From the IMG/VR virus record IMGVR_UViG_3300010389_000002: a stretch of 44,406 bases of DNA, one strand, 5' to 3'. The position numbers and the translations under genes were made by a program. Under the pieces are notes generated by a model. It was not told the origin of the DNA, ran no database searches, and saw only the letters and a list, made by a program, of their open reading frames with translations. Below, in pieces: positions 8,885-17,733 of the stretch; the stretch's first letter is position 1; every line of letters begins with the position of its first letter. Source of the stretch: a virus.

Positions 8885-8917
8885 GACTCTGTTAAGGGTT
8901 GAAGGACATAAAGGCTT

Positions 8918-9310
8918 TTAGCTTTTCTTATAGATATTCTCTAAGAAGTTCTTTGCTTCTTTTACAGAACCTAAGTATCCCATTCTCTTAGAGAACTTTT
9001 CTGGTTTGATGTCTATCGTTTCAGGATCTTCTGTTAAACCATTAATATAAAAGTTTTTGATCTCATCATCTAGTTCAGACATTGTAATGATCTGTTCCCT
9101 AGGGATAACAAACATGTCATCGTATGTAGATGTAATCCATTCTTTTAAGATGAACCCAGAAACTTGTTTGCCTTTCTTTTTCTGTACCATCTTCTCTACT
9201 AGCATAGGATTATGCAATAGTACAGAATTTTCTTCTGGCAAGAAACATACTTTAGCTACTAATTCTTCACCCGACGTTAATTTAATAGTTGAATAAAATT
9301 CTTCTTCCAT
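8918..9310 (-). CDS. Conserved cyanophage protein, probable Sm-like fold
   Basis: IKLTSGEELVAKV...LHNP...W...DDMFVI. Usual position downstream of uvsW. Confidence 0.7.
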   Translation of the reverse strand: MEEEFYSTIKLTSGEELVAKVCFLPEENSVLLHNPMLVEKMVQKKKGKQVSGFILKEWITSTYDDMFVIPREQIITMSELDDEIKNFYINGLTEDPETIDIKPEKFSKRMGYLGSVKEAKNFLENIYKKS

Positions 9311-10771
9311 TTACCTTAGATCTACTTTAATTATTTCATATTTAAAGTTCTCTTCTTTGTAGATTTCTGTTCTCTTTTTAAGATGAAGTAGAGTGTAATT
9401 TTTTCTATGCTCAGAAGAGATGTCATCAGCGATATCATAAAGTGTAGCAATATCTTTACCTTCTCCTTTTCTCAGCACTCTGCCGATGGACTGTAAGTTT
9501 CTAATTCTAGATTTAGAGGGAGAAGCAAAAATAATATTATGAAGTCTTTTGATGTTAATACCTGTAGAGAACGTTCCGTATGAAGCGACAATAACAGCGT
9601 TATCTTCCTGCTCTGTCAGCTGTCTAACAATTTCTCTTTCCTCAATATCAGTAGAACCGCTAACAAAAAATACTTTACGGTTCTGACCTACAGAGTTATT
9701 TATTAATTCGTAAAGTGGTTGCCCATGTTTCTCTACAAAGTTAAACAACACAAGAGTGTTGCCATCTAAATCACTAACTAAATTTTTAATCAGGTTATTT
9801 CTTTTCTTGTGTTGTACAATGTATTCCATCTCTTCATGGTAGTCTTCAAATGGAATGTGATCATGTTTACACAACAACACTTTGATACGCAGATTAGATA
9901 GGTAACCTTTCTTGATAAGGTCATCTGTTTTAGTTACCTTCTCACAAGCACCAAACAATCCTTCTAGTACCCACTTATGTGTCTTGGTTCCGTCTAGAGT
10001 TCCTGTGAATCCAAACCTATAGGTAGCATTGTGACACTTCTCCATGATACCAGTCAATGACTTAGACTTGAACAAGTGAGCTTCGTCACCAATCACAACA
10101 TCAAAGTCATCAAAATATCTTTTAGGAAATTTATATACAGACTGCCACGTAGAAACAATCACAGACTTGTTACTGTTCTTATCTTGTCCACCATAGATCT
10201 TGTGGATGTCATCTGTGTCCCATCCATAATCATGGAAGTCTTTTACAATTTGTTCCACTAGAGATGTAGTTGGAACAACAATAAAGATCTTTTTATTCTG
10301 AGCGTGGTAGTATCTGACAAGAGAATAAATCATCAAAGACTTACCAGATCCAGTAGGTGACAGAAACAATCCACGGTTGTACTTCAAAGCTCTGTAGACA
10401 GTGTAATACTGATAGTCTCTTGCTTTTATATTAGAAATTTTATCTACAAAATCTTTAACTCCCTGAGGTGACACAAAATCATTGGTGTCGTCTGGTTGTC
10501 CATACCACTTGTTCTCTACAATTTCAACACGGTTTCCCTTTTGATCACACCACTCTTTTAGTTGATTCCACAGACCTACATAGAGCGCTCCAGTTGCAGG
10601 AGAGTAGAGACGAATCGTGCCGTCCCAGTATCTGTACCTAGGATTCTTTTTTAAGAATTTTGCTTCTGGTACTTCAAAAGTAAAGTAGTCAGATAACTCT
10701 TGGTGGACATGAGGTTCTGCCTGAATAGTCAAGAACACTTCATTCTTTTTTTGTACAACCAGTCTATCCAT
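9311..10771 (-). CDS. uvsW: SF2 DNA/RNA helicase UvsW
   Basis: RDYQ, SPTGSGKS, DEAH, FTGT and LQSIGRVLR. Confidence 0.96.
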   Translation of the reverse strand: MDRLVVQKKNEVFLTIQAEPHVHQELSDYFTFEVPEAKFLKKNPRYRYWDGTIRLYSPATGALYVGLWNQLKEWCDQKGNRVEIVENKWYGQPDDTNDFVSPQGVKDFVDKISNIKARDYQYYTVYRALKYNRGLFLSPTGSGKSLMIYSLVRYYHAQNKKIFIVVPTTSLVEQIVKDFHDYGWDTDDIHKIYGGQDKNSNKSVIVSTWQSVYKFPKRYFDDFDVVIGDEAHLFKSKSLTGIMEKCHNATYRFGFTGTLDGTKTHKWVLEGLFGACEKVTKTDDLIKKGYLSNLRIKVLLCKHDHIPFEDYHEEMEYIVQHKKRNNLIKNLVSDLDGNTLVLFNFVEKHGQPLYELINNSVGQNRKVFFVSGSTDIEEREIVRQLTEQEDNAVIVASYGTFSTGINIKRLHNIIFASPSKSRIRNLQSIGRVLRKGEGKDIATLYDIADDISSEHRKNYTLLHLKKRTEIYKEENFKYEIIKVDLR

Positions 10772-11247
10772 TAGGTTACACCATTAATAAATTTCTCCCA
10801 GTCAATAGCAGATTTAATTTGAAATCCTCTATTGCTAATTTGTTTCATTACACTATCGACATAGTATAAAACTTGATCGACATATGCTATCTTTGCTTCT
10901 AGATCGATGATGTCCTTATCTGACTCTAGATAAGCTTTCATCTTCTCTGCTGTTTTGATGCTAGTGCCAAAAGGTTTCTCGGCATACACTTTAGCGTCTG
11001 CTTCTCCCCCGTAGTATTCTCTCTTATCTCTAAGCAACTGTCTAAGTTGAAACTGAAAAGCAGTTTTTGCTTGTGATAGATCGGAGTAGTAATTTAAATA
11101 CTTATTGTGTTGATACGGAATCTCTAGAGCTATCCTTCCTAGATCTTCTGTATACTCTTTGTTTTTAAATTGAAAATCAATATGTGAATCTTTTTTCCAC
11201 TCTTCTTTAATTGTCTCAAATAGCGTAATAATGTGGGATAGGTTCAT
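10771..11247 (-). CDS. uvsY: Recombination mediator UvsY
   Basis: W.KDS, IP.QH.KY, YY.G and ISNRGFQIKSAIDW. Synteny with uvsW. Confidence 0.9.
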   Translation of the reverse strand: MNLSHIITLFETIKEEWKKDSHIDFQFKNKEYTEDLGRIALEIPYQHNKYLNYYSDLSQAKTAFQFQLRQLLRDKREYYGGEADAKVYAEKPFGTSIKTAEKMKAYLESDKDIIDLEAKIAYVDQVLYYVDSVMKQISNRGFQIKSAIDWEKFINGVT

Positions 11248-11759
11248 TCTTTAAAGTTCTTGTCTCTAATAGTATAACGTGTAAATTTAAAAGAAGCTTC
11301 TGCTATAAAGTATTCTTGTGATTGACTGCTTCCGTCAAATCTAATCGGTGTCAATGAGTAAGGAAATAAATTTTCAAAATCAATAATGTGGTTAGTATTA
11401 AAGTTTGATGTTAATATGAATAGTCTACCACCAGAGTATCTAGGGTACTCATCTGTTGTAGTCATGTTCTCGGCATTGCCGTTATCAATAATCCACTGAT
11501 GAATAGATTTATAGTTAATCATATCTTCATCAATGATGAACTGAACAGACAGATCACCAAACGTAACTCCTCCGCCAGGAACAACAGGATAAGTTCTAAA
11601 CCTTGTAGGAACTTCTGTTACCGGCATTTGGATTTCCGGTAAGTTTGCTGCCTGACAGAAAAAATCCACGCCTCGGAACAATTCTAGTTCCAACTGAAAT
11701 CCAGTTGGTAATAGATAATTTCTATTCTCTAATTGTTCTGTAAACCAAGCGGCAGGCAT
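11244..11759 (-). CDS. g3: Tail completion / tube terminator gp3
   Basis: NRNYL.PTGF, VDFFCQAANLP, FIIDEDM.NY and F.NLFP.SL. Located downstream of g23. Confidence 0.85.
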   Translation of the reverse strand: MPAAWFTEQLENRNYLLPTGFQLELELFRGVDFFCQAANLPEIQMPVTEVPTRFRTYPVVPGGGVTFGDLSVQFIIDEDMINYKSIHQWIIDNGNAENMTTTDEYPRYSGGRLFILTSNFNTNHIIDFENLFPYSLTPIRFDGSSQSQEYFIAEASFKFTRYTIRDKNFKE

Positions 11760-11780
11760 GTCAACTTCCCAAGCTACTAT

Positions 11781-11788
11781 TATTTATC
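11781..11788 (-). promoter_or_regulatory. Late promoter upstream of g3
   Basis: GATAAATA just past the g23 terminator. Confidence 0.7.
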
Positions 11789-11793
11789 TGCAT

Positions 11794-11818
11794 AAAAAAA
11801 GACCCCCGAAGGGGTCTT
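11794..11818 (-). terminator. Rho-independent terminator after g23
   Basis: AAGACCCC-TTCG-GGGGTC followed by T7. cUUCGg tetraloop. Confidence 0.92.
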
Positions 11819-11832
11819 GATGTAAACAGATA

Positions 11833-13269
11833 TCACATGAGGTTAGTAACACGAACCTTTCTGTAATACTGGTTATTGTTAGCAGTGAGCTGCTCAGCAT
11901 CAGGAGCCGAACCAGGATTAGTAGCATCGACACGAACGAATGGGTTGGATACCATGCCGTAACGAGTCTTGAATCCAATCTTAGGTTGGAAGGTGTTAGG
12001 ATCAATGCTTCTGAGCATCTGGAGGGGAACGTATGGGCAGTAGAAGAGACCAGCATCATAGGGGCTGGAACCCTTATAACCCATGACGTAGTAGTGGGTG
12101 TCGCTTAGGTTAGCAGAGTAAGGATCGACGAAGACCTTGATACGACCGTTGATAGTACCAACAGCGAGGTTACCAGTGTCATCGACTTCACCGATGGAAG
12201 GACCACCAGCACCGGTTAGACCGGAGGAGTAGTCAAGTACGCCTGCCATGGCGAGAGCAGAAGCAACGTCAGCAGAGCAGATGATGAAGTTGCCCTTACC
12301 TCTACGGGTCTTCTGAGCAATAGCGTTAGCATCACGCTCGATCTGGAATAGAAGTCCTTTGAACTTCTCAACCGACCAACGACCGTTGGAGTCAACGTCA
12401 AGGTCGAAAGTACCAGCAGTTGCTACGTTGTTCTGAGCACCAACTTCAGCAACGGTGTAGACTCTACGGACAACCTCACGGTTGATTTCAGCAAGGATCT
12501 CGCTCGAAAGGATGTTGGCGAGTTCTTGCTCAGCATCAAGACCATGAACTGCCTTGAGGTCCTGAGCGAGTTCCAAGGTGTACTCGGAACGGAGTGCTCT
12601 GGTTCTAGCAGTAACAGCAGTCTTCTCAATGCTGAAGCTCATCTCGTTGAAAAGATTTTCAGCAGTTCCGAGAGTCTCAGCTTTATCACGATCGATGCCT
12701 CTTGAACCAGCACCGTAACCACCAGAGAATGGATCGGTTCCAGCACCATCGTAGGCATCGCCTAGTGGGTTGTTACCATCAGCAGCCTGAGTGTATACAG
12801 GATTACCGACTGAACCGATGTCTTGAGTAGCAGAGAAGTTCGTGTCTGCCTCAGTAAGTCCGAGAGCCTCAGGACCGGCACGGAGGGTAGAACCATCTTG
12901 CTGATAGTGTGACTTCATGGCGAAGATTAGTCCAGTAGGACCGCTCATGGGCTGAACGCCACAGATGTCATATGCCATTAGGTTGGGCATAGCACGGCGA
13001 ACAAGGCTGATCATGATAGGATCAAAACCAGCAAGGTTGCCGGTGTCGGTGTTTAGACCATTACCCGAAAGGGCATTAGGACCAATGGCACCTACAGTGT
13101 TAGGAGCCTCAGAAAGCATAGTGGCACCGCCACTCTCTCTCATTGCTCTTTCTTGGTTTTCTAGGATGACAGCGGTAACAGCCTTCTTGTAATTATCCTT
13201 GATGCTAGGAGCATCAGCATGATTCAAGACGGGTGCCCACTTCTCCTGAAGTTGGGATGCGTTGAACAT
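11833..13269 (-). CDS. g23: Major capsid protein gp23
   Basis: EKWAPVL, ILENQE, CGVQPMSGPTGLIFAM, ELAQDLKAVHGLDAE and GFKTRYG. Confidence 0.98.
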   Translation of the reverse strand: MFNASQLQEKWAPVLNHADAPSIKDNYKKAVTAVILENQERAMRESGGATMLSEAPNTVGAIGPNALSGNGLNTDTGNLAGFDPIMISLVRRAMPNLMAYDICGVQPMSGPTGLIFAMKSHYQQDGSTLRAGPEALGLTEADTNFSATQDIGSVGNPVYTQAADGNNPLGDAYDGAGTDPFSGGYGAGSRGIDRDKAETLGTAENLFNEMSFSIEKTAVTARTRALRSEYTLELAQDLKAVHGLDAEQELANILSSEILAEINREVVRRVYTVAEVGAQNNVATAGTFDLDVDSNGRWSVEKFKGLLFQIERDANAIAQKTRRGKGNFIICSADVASALAMAGVLDYSSGLTGAGGPSIGEVDDTGNLAVGTINGRIKVFVDPYSANLSDTHYYVMGYKGSSPYDAGLFYCPYVPLQMLRSIDPNTFQPKIGFKTRYGMVSNPFVRVDATNPGSAPDAEQLTANNNQYYRKVRVTNLM

Positions 13270-13304
13270 TTTTAACCTCTAATTGTTTGTTATTGGTGTA
13301 AGAT

Positions 13305-13312
13305 TATTTAGT
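13305..13312 (-). promoter_or_regulatory. Late promoter upstream of g23
   Basis: ACTAAATA variant in the g22-g23 intergenic region, with AGAGG RBS downstream. Confidence 0.6.
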
Positions 13313-13320
13313 ATAATATA

Positions 13321-14478
13321 TCACTTACCGAACATGGAGATGCCCTTTACATAGGCTTCCATGACTGGAGATAAACCACTTACTTCGGCAGCGTCTTCGC
13401 TAGATTCTTCTCTAATCTGAGGAGCAGGATCGGCAGGGAAATATGACTCACGGAGAGTCTTAACTGCTTCAGTGTACTTCTCTACAGACTCAAAGGTAAT
13501 ACCTTTTGCTAGAGATGCTAGCTTATCTTTTTGAGTGTCAGCTAGTCCTTCAGACAACTTGAGTAAAGCAAGTTCTCTGTGGAGTTCGTTGATTGCCTCT
13601 ACAGATTTCACATTACGCTCAATTTGCTCATTGAGACGGGTTTCCATTTCACGATTTGTTTCAGCGAGGTCTTCTACGATATCCTCTTTATCTTCGGGGA
13701 TATTGATGTAGTGCTCTTGGAAGAGATTCTTGAGACCAGCAATGAAGTCGGAGGTGATTTCGTTTCTTACACCACGATCAACTGCTAGTTGGTTCTCTTC
13801 TAACCATTGAGATACGGCATACTTAACAGTGCCGTTGACTTCCTCAGCAAGTTCAGCTTTAGCTTTCTCAACTTCCTCAGCAAGTGCTTTCTTGTGCTGC
13901 TCTTCTAGTTTTGCCCACTCTTCTTCAAGTTTGGACTTAACAGCAGCTTCGAAAATTGTTTTTGCCTTAGCAGCAAAATCTTCAGATAGTTCGGTGCCTT
14001 CAGTGAGAGCAGCGACATCAGAAGATAGATCAAGTTCTTCAAAAGAAGGCTTGATAGGATATGTTACGGCAGGACCAGTTGTGGTTCCGTAAGCAACATC
14101 AGTACCGATAGAGTAGCGTGGAGTGCCAGGATCTTTCGTGGGAGCCTGCTGGGGATCACCAGAAATCTGGGATACAGGAGCAGCTGCCTTAGCGCCGGGG
14201 TTCTCTTCTCCATCTTCATCGTTGCTATGAAGAGGAGCAGAAGTTGAACCACCAAGATCGGTAGGAGCAGACTGTCCAATAGCAACAGTAGGTGGTACGC
14301 TTGGTTGTGGATCAGCACCACCAGCACCCGAATTCTGGACATCCGAAATCTTCGAAGGTTCAGACCCAGTGCCTGGGATTACGGAAGCTGTAACTGTTGG
14401 CATAGGATCACCCTCACTAAGGGTAATACTTTGCTCTTTAACAAGCTCCTCAAACTTTTCCTTTAACATATCTGACAT
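13321..14478 (-). CDS. g22: Prohead core scaffold gp22
   Basis: ELSEDF..KAKTIFEAAV, F..GLKNLF.EHYI.IP and LRESYF. Long P/S/G-rich N-terminus. Confidence 0.92.
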   Translation of the reverse strand: MSDMLKEKFEELVKEQSITLSEGDPMPTVTASVIPGTGSEPSKISDVQNSGAGGADPQPSVPPTVAIGQSAPTDLGGSTSAPLHSNDEDGEENPGAKAAAPVSQISGDPQQAPTKDPGTPRYSIGTDVAYGTTTGPAVTYPIKPSFEELDLSSDVAALTEGTELSEDFAAKAKTIFEAAVKSKLEEEWAKLEEQHKKALAEEVEKAKAELAEEVNGTVKYAVSQWLEENQLAVDRGVRNEITSDFIAGLKNLFQEHYINIPEDKEDIVEDLAETNREMETRLNEQIERNVKSVEAINELHRELALLKLSEGLADTQKDKLASLAKGITFESVEKYTEAVKTLRESYFPADPAPQIREESSEDAAEVSGLSPVMEAYVKGISMFGK

Positions 14479-14523
14479 TTGAGTGTTCCTCTATCGGTTA
14501 AACTGTAGTTTATTCTTATGAAT

Positions 14524-14531
14524 TATTTATC
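14524..14531 (-). promoter_or_regulatory. Late promoter upstream of g22
   Basis: Intergenic GATAAATA. Confidence 0.65.
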
Positions 14532-14534
14532 AAA

Positions 14535-15191
14535 TTAAGACTTTGAAAATCTGCCCAGGAGCGCGGAAAACGCTTCTAGGGTTCTTTCTTCCAACTGTTG
14601 CCTATTGGCAGCATTAGAAATGTGTTGTTGGTATTTAGCAACCTCTTTTTCTTTTAGGAGACCATTGTCCCAAACCCATTCTTTACCTTCCATGATGCCA
14701 TTAACAAATGCATCTGGAGCAGAAGGGTCGGCAACAATGTCAGCAGCGGTTGCTAACATAAAGTCATCACGAACATAGTTCGCTCCGTTTCTTTCTTCTA
14801 GTGAACCCATGCCTCTAGAAGAAACTCCTAGTTGAATACCCTCATCCAATAAAGACTTAGCAATCTGTCCCATTGGAGTATCTAGGATTCTTGCCTTGCC
14901 ATAAAAGTTATTATCCTCGGCGCGGAGCTCCATGATACGATGAGAAACTCTATCAAGGTTTACTGTAGGACCATCGGGGTGACCAAGTTCACCGAGAGCA
15001 CGTCCTTTTGAGATATACTCTTCGTTGTATCTTTCTACCTCACGGTTGAGAACATCGAACGGGTAAACACGTCCATTACGATTTTTGATTTCGGACTGTA
15101 AAAATACACCCTCAATATAAAGATGTTTCTTACCTTCCGTTTCTTCAACCAAAACATTTACTGTTTCGATGTTTTCTGTGATAAGTTTCAT
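14535..15191 (-). CDS. g21: Prohead protease gp21
   Basis: MKLITE, NRNGRVYP, ALGELGHP, GVSSRGMGS and DIVADPSAPDAFV. Confidence 0.96.
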   Translation of the reverse strand: MKLITENIETVNVLVEETEGKKHLYIEGVFLQSEIKNRNGRVYPFDVLNREVERYNEEYISKGRALGELGHPDGPTVNLDRVSHRIMELRAEDNNFYGKARILDTPMGQIAKSLLDEGIQLGVSSRGMGSLEERNGANYVRDDFMLATAADIVADPSAPDAFVNGIMEGKEWVWDNGLLKEKEVAKYQQHISNAANRQQLEERTLEAFSALLGRFSKS

Positions 15192-15367
15192 TGTTCCGTT
15201 TCGATTGGTTCTACTGGTTCATCAAAAAAACTATTTGCTACAACTTTTTTGTAGTCATTGATTGCTTCTGAAGCAGCAGAATCCATCATGTCGGAAACTA
15301 GATCTAGAGCAGCTGCTCTATTCTTATTCCTAATGTGATTTACAACTTCAATTGAAGGATCTTCCAT
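15188..15367 (-). CDS. Small prohead core protein (gp67-like position), 59 aa, not in ORF track
   Basis: MEDPSIEVVNHIRNKNRAAALDLVSDMMDSAASEAINDYKKVVANSFFDEPVEPIETEQ*. ATGA overlap with g21 and GCTAAATA upstream at 15393-15400. Confidence 0.8.
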   Translation of the reverse strand: MEDPSIEVVNHIRNKNRAAALDLVSDMMDSAASEAINDYKKVVANSFFDEPVEPIETEQ

Positions 15368-15391
15368 AATAAAATATTATTGAACTGTTAA

Positions 15392-17074
15392 CTATTTAGC
15401 AGTGTTAGACTTTGGAGCAGCAGGTGGTTTAGGTGCTGCTTTCATTTTTTCAATTTCTCTGTCGTTTGCTGCGTCTGCTTCTAGGGAATCAATCTCTGGT
15501 TGGAAAGCAGTGTTCTCTCTTTCCATAGCATCAAACTGATTCATCATGGCAGGATCTAAAGCAAGACCGGACTTAATATCTTTCTTGATCTGTTTCTCAA
15601 TCTCTTTGTATTCAGTATCATTCTGCTTGAGAATTTGCTTACGAACATATTCCGTAGAGAAATACTTACCAACAAAAGGATCCATCTGAGTGACAGTCAT
15701 CATTCTCTGGTTCATCATCTCAATCTCTTTGAGTTCGTTGAAATGATTGTCGAAGAGGTAGTCATACTGAATATGCTCCTCCATATCTTCCCAGTCTTCT
15801 GGGGTGATAATACCTTTGAGGATTAATTGTGTCTTGAGAATGTCGTGAAAGACATTAGAAAAACGCTTACGTAGTCTTCCAATAAACTTAGTGAACTTCA
15901 GTTCATCCCGTAGAACCTCTGTGGTCTTACCAAGATTAAACCCTTTGTTGTCATCCGTAAGGCGGGAAGGTGGTAGGTTGAGTGAGTTGTAAAGCTTCTT
16001 CTTGAAATACTCAACGTCCTTGAGTTCACCAAGGTTCTGACCGCCTGGGAGTGTAGTGATTTCAGTTCCTCTACCACCCTCACGACGAGGGAGCCAGAAG
16101 TCTTCAAGCATCGACATATGTTTTTTATCATCTCGGATCTCACCAGTTTGACTATCATAAACAAGCTTGTTACGGTAACGTGCCATCACGTCACGAAGAT
16201 ATTGTTCCGCTTTAACCTTTGGTAGATTACCTACATCAATGTAGAAAATTCTACGTTCGGGAGCACGAGACAATCTGTAAATAACCAGAGAGTCTTCAAT
16301 CATACGAAGTTGATTGAGTGCCTTAATAGATTTGTGTAAGAAACTCAACGTCATCTTTTTGTTGAGATCCTTTAGTCCAGAATCTGATGTAGCAATAGCA
16401 TCAGCTGAAATTTTAATTCCATTATTGCCAGCGTATTCTTGTGCTCCTTGCCAAGATGGTCCGCCGTTTACCCATCCCTTTGGATTGTAAATGTAGTAGT
16501 CAATATAGTCTCCCCAATCAAACTCCAGAGCTGATCCCTTCTCAGATAGTTTTTGATCCGTGTTCTTTGTAATTTTGTGACGAATCTTTTTTAATTTAAT
16601 AGGATCAATGTAGCGTAACTCTGTAATTCCTTTCTTGGGATTGTCGAGATCAATTACTTTATGATAGAAGATACGACCATCTACATACCAATTTCTAATA
16701 ATTTGATGAGCGTTCTTATCAAAATTTAAAAGTTTTTTGATGTAATTAAATTCTTTACGAATTTTTGATTTAATACTATCACTAATATCTAAGTTAGTGA
16801 GATCTAATTCTACTGGAGAATCACTGGCATCGCTAACAACAAACTCGTTAACAATTTCATCCACTGCCGAATCACATTCTGGATGCAGAACCATATTACG
16901 ATAACGTTGAAGGAGCTCATACTCATTACGAGTAGCTCCCTCAACGTCTACGTAAGTACCAAAATAACCACCAGCTACGGTGGTTAAACTGCCATCGTCT
17001 TGGTTAGGGGGGACCGGAGATTGTCCCTTTGGTCCCCCATCATCATTAATTTTAAAACCAAATAGTTGACTCAT
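15392..17074 (-). CDS. g20: Portal protein gp20
   Basis: LFGF, WYVDGR, RAPERRIFYIDVGNLPK and EDFWLPRREGGRGTEITTLPGG. Confidence 0.98.
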   Translation of the reverse strand: MSQLFGFKINDDGGPKGQSPVPPNQDDGSLTTVAGGYFGTYVDVEGATRNEYELLQRYRNMVLHPECDSAVDEIVNEFVVSDASDSPVELDLTNLDISDSIKSKIRKEFNYIKKLLNFDKNAHQIIRNWYVDGRIFYHKVIDLDNPKKGITELRYIDPIKLKKIRHKITKNTDQKLSEKGSALEFDWGDYIDYYIYNPKGWVNGGPSWQGAQEYAGNNGIKISADAIATSDSGLKDLNKKMTLSFLHKSIKALNQLRMIEDSLVIYRLSRAPERRIFYIDVGNLPKVKAEQYLRDVMARYRNKLVYDSQTGEIRDDKKHMSMLEDFWLPRREGGRGTEITTLPGGQNLGELKDVEYFKKKLYNSLNLPPSRLTDDNKGFNLGKTTEVLRDELKFTKFIGRLRKRFSNVFHDILKTQLILKGIITPEDWEDMEEHIQYDYLFDNHFNELKEIEMMNQRMMTVTQMDPFVGKYFSTEYVRKQILKQNDTEYKEIEKQIKKDIKSGLALDPAMMNQFDAMERENTAFQPEIDSLEADAANDREIEKMKAAPKPPAAPKSNTAK

Positions 17075-17106
17075 AGCGATGAAAGAAATTTAACCAGTGT
17101 CACTAC

Positions 17107-17114
17107 TATTTATT
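17107..17114 (-). promoter_or_regulatory. Late promoter upstream of g20
   Basis: AATAAATA overlapping the g19 stop. Confidence 0.65.
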
Positions 17115-17694
17115 AGGATGTAATATCCTGTCCAGCAGCAGCGTCACCGCCAGTTGCCTTAGTAGCAGACCACCAAGCATACTGGAACTCTACCGAGAAC
17201 TCTTCAATTTGATCGTTAGCATCATATGCTAGATCAATCTGAGATACGCTAGTTGGGAAAGCGTAGTAGAGTGTGTATGTTCTTAGAGCTGTACCATCAG
17301 CACTAGTATCTTTCTGTAACTGAGTTACCTTAATTGACTTGGCATAACCAGTGTTTTCATTAAGGGTAAACAATGGAGCAGTGTTTCCATCGTGGGTGTT
17401 CATCTGTTCCAACCACTTCTCGAAGTACGAACGGGTAACCATACCCTTATCGTTGAAGAAGGTAGCAGTCCATGTATCGAAGGTTCTGTCACCAGCGATC
17501 TTAATTGTTCTACCACGGAAAGGAACTTCAATAACACCTAACTGAGCAGCAGGCAAAGCAGCTGACTTACAGAGAAGATCGGTGTTGATGGCGGGAGCTC
17601 CCACCCCGTCTGGGAATGGGATCTCCACCGAGAACATATTAGGCTTAACGCCTTGTGCAATTTCTGTAATAAAATTACTAATCTTAGTTGCCAT
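17113..17694 (-). CDS. g19: Tail tube protein gp19
   Basis: LCKSAALP, VPFRGR.IKIAGDRTFDTWT and IEEFSVEFQY.WW. Confidence 0.96.
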   Translation of the reverse strand: MATKISNFITEIAQGVKPNMFSVEIPFPDGVGAPAINTDLLCKSAALPAAQLGVIEVPFRGRTIKIAGDRTFDTWTATFFNDKGMVTRSYFEKWLEQMNTHDGNTAPLFTLNENTGYAKSIKVTQLQKDTSADGTALRTYTLYYAFPTSVSQIDLAYDANDQIEEFSVEFQYAWWSATKATGGDAAAGQDITS

Positions 17695-17733
17695 TTTCTT
17701 TTATACCTCGTTAAGTTATTTGTTTACTAAAGA

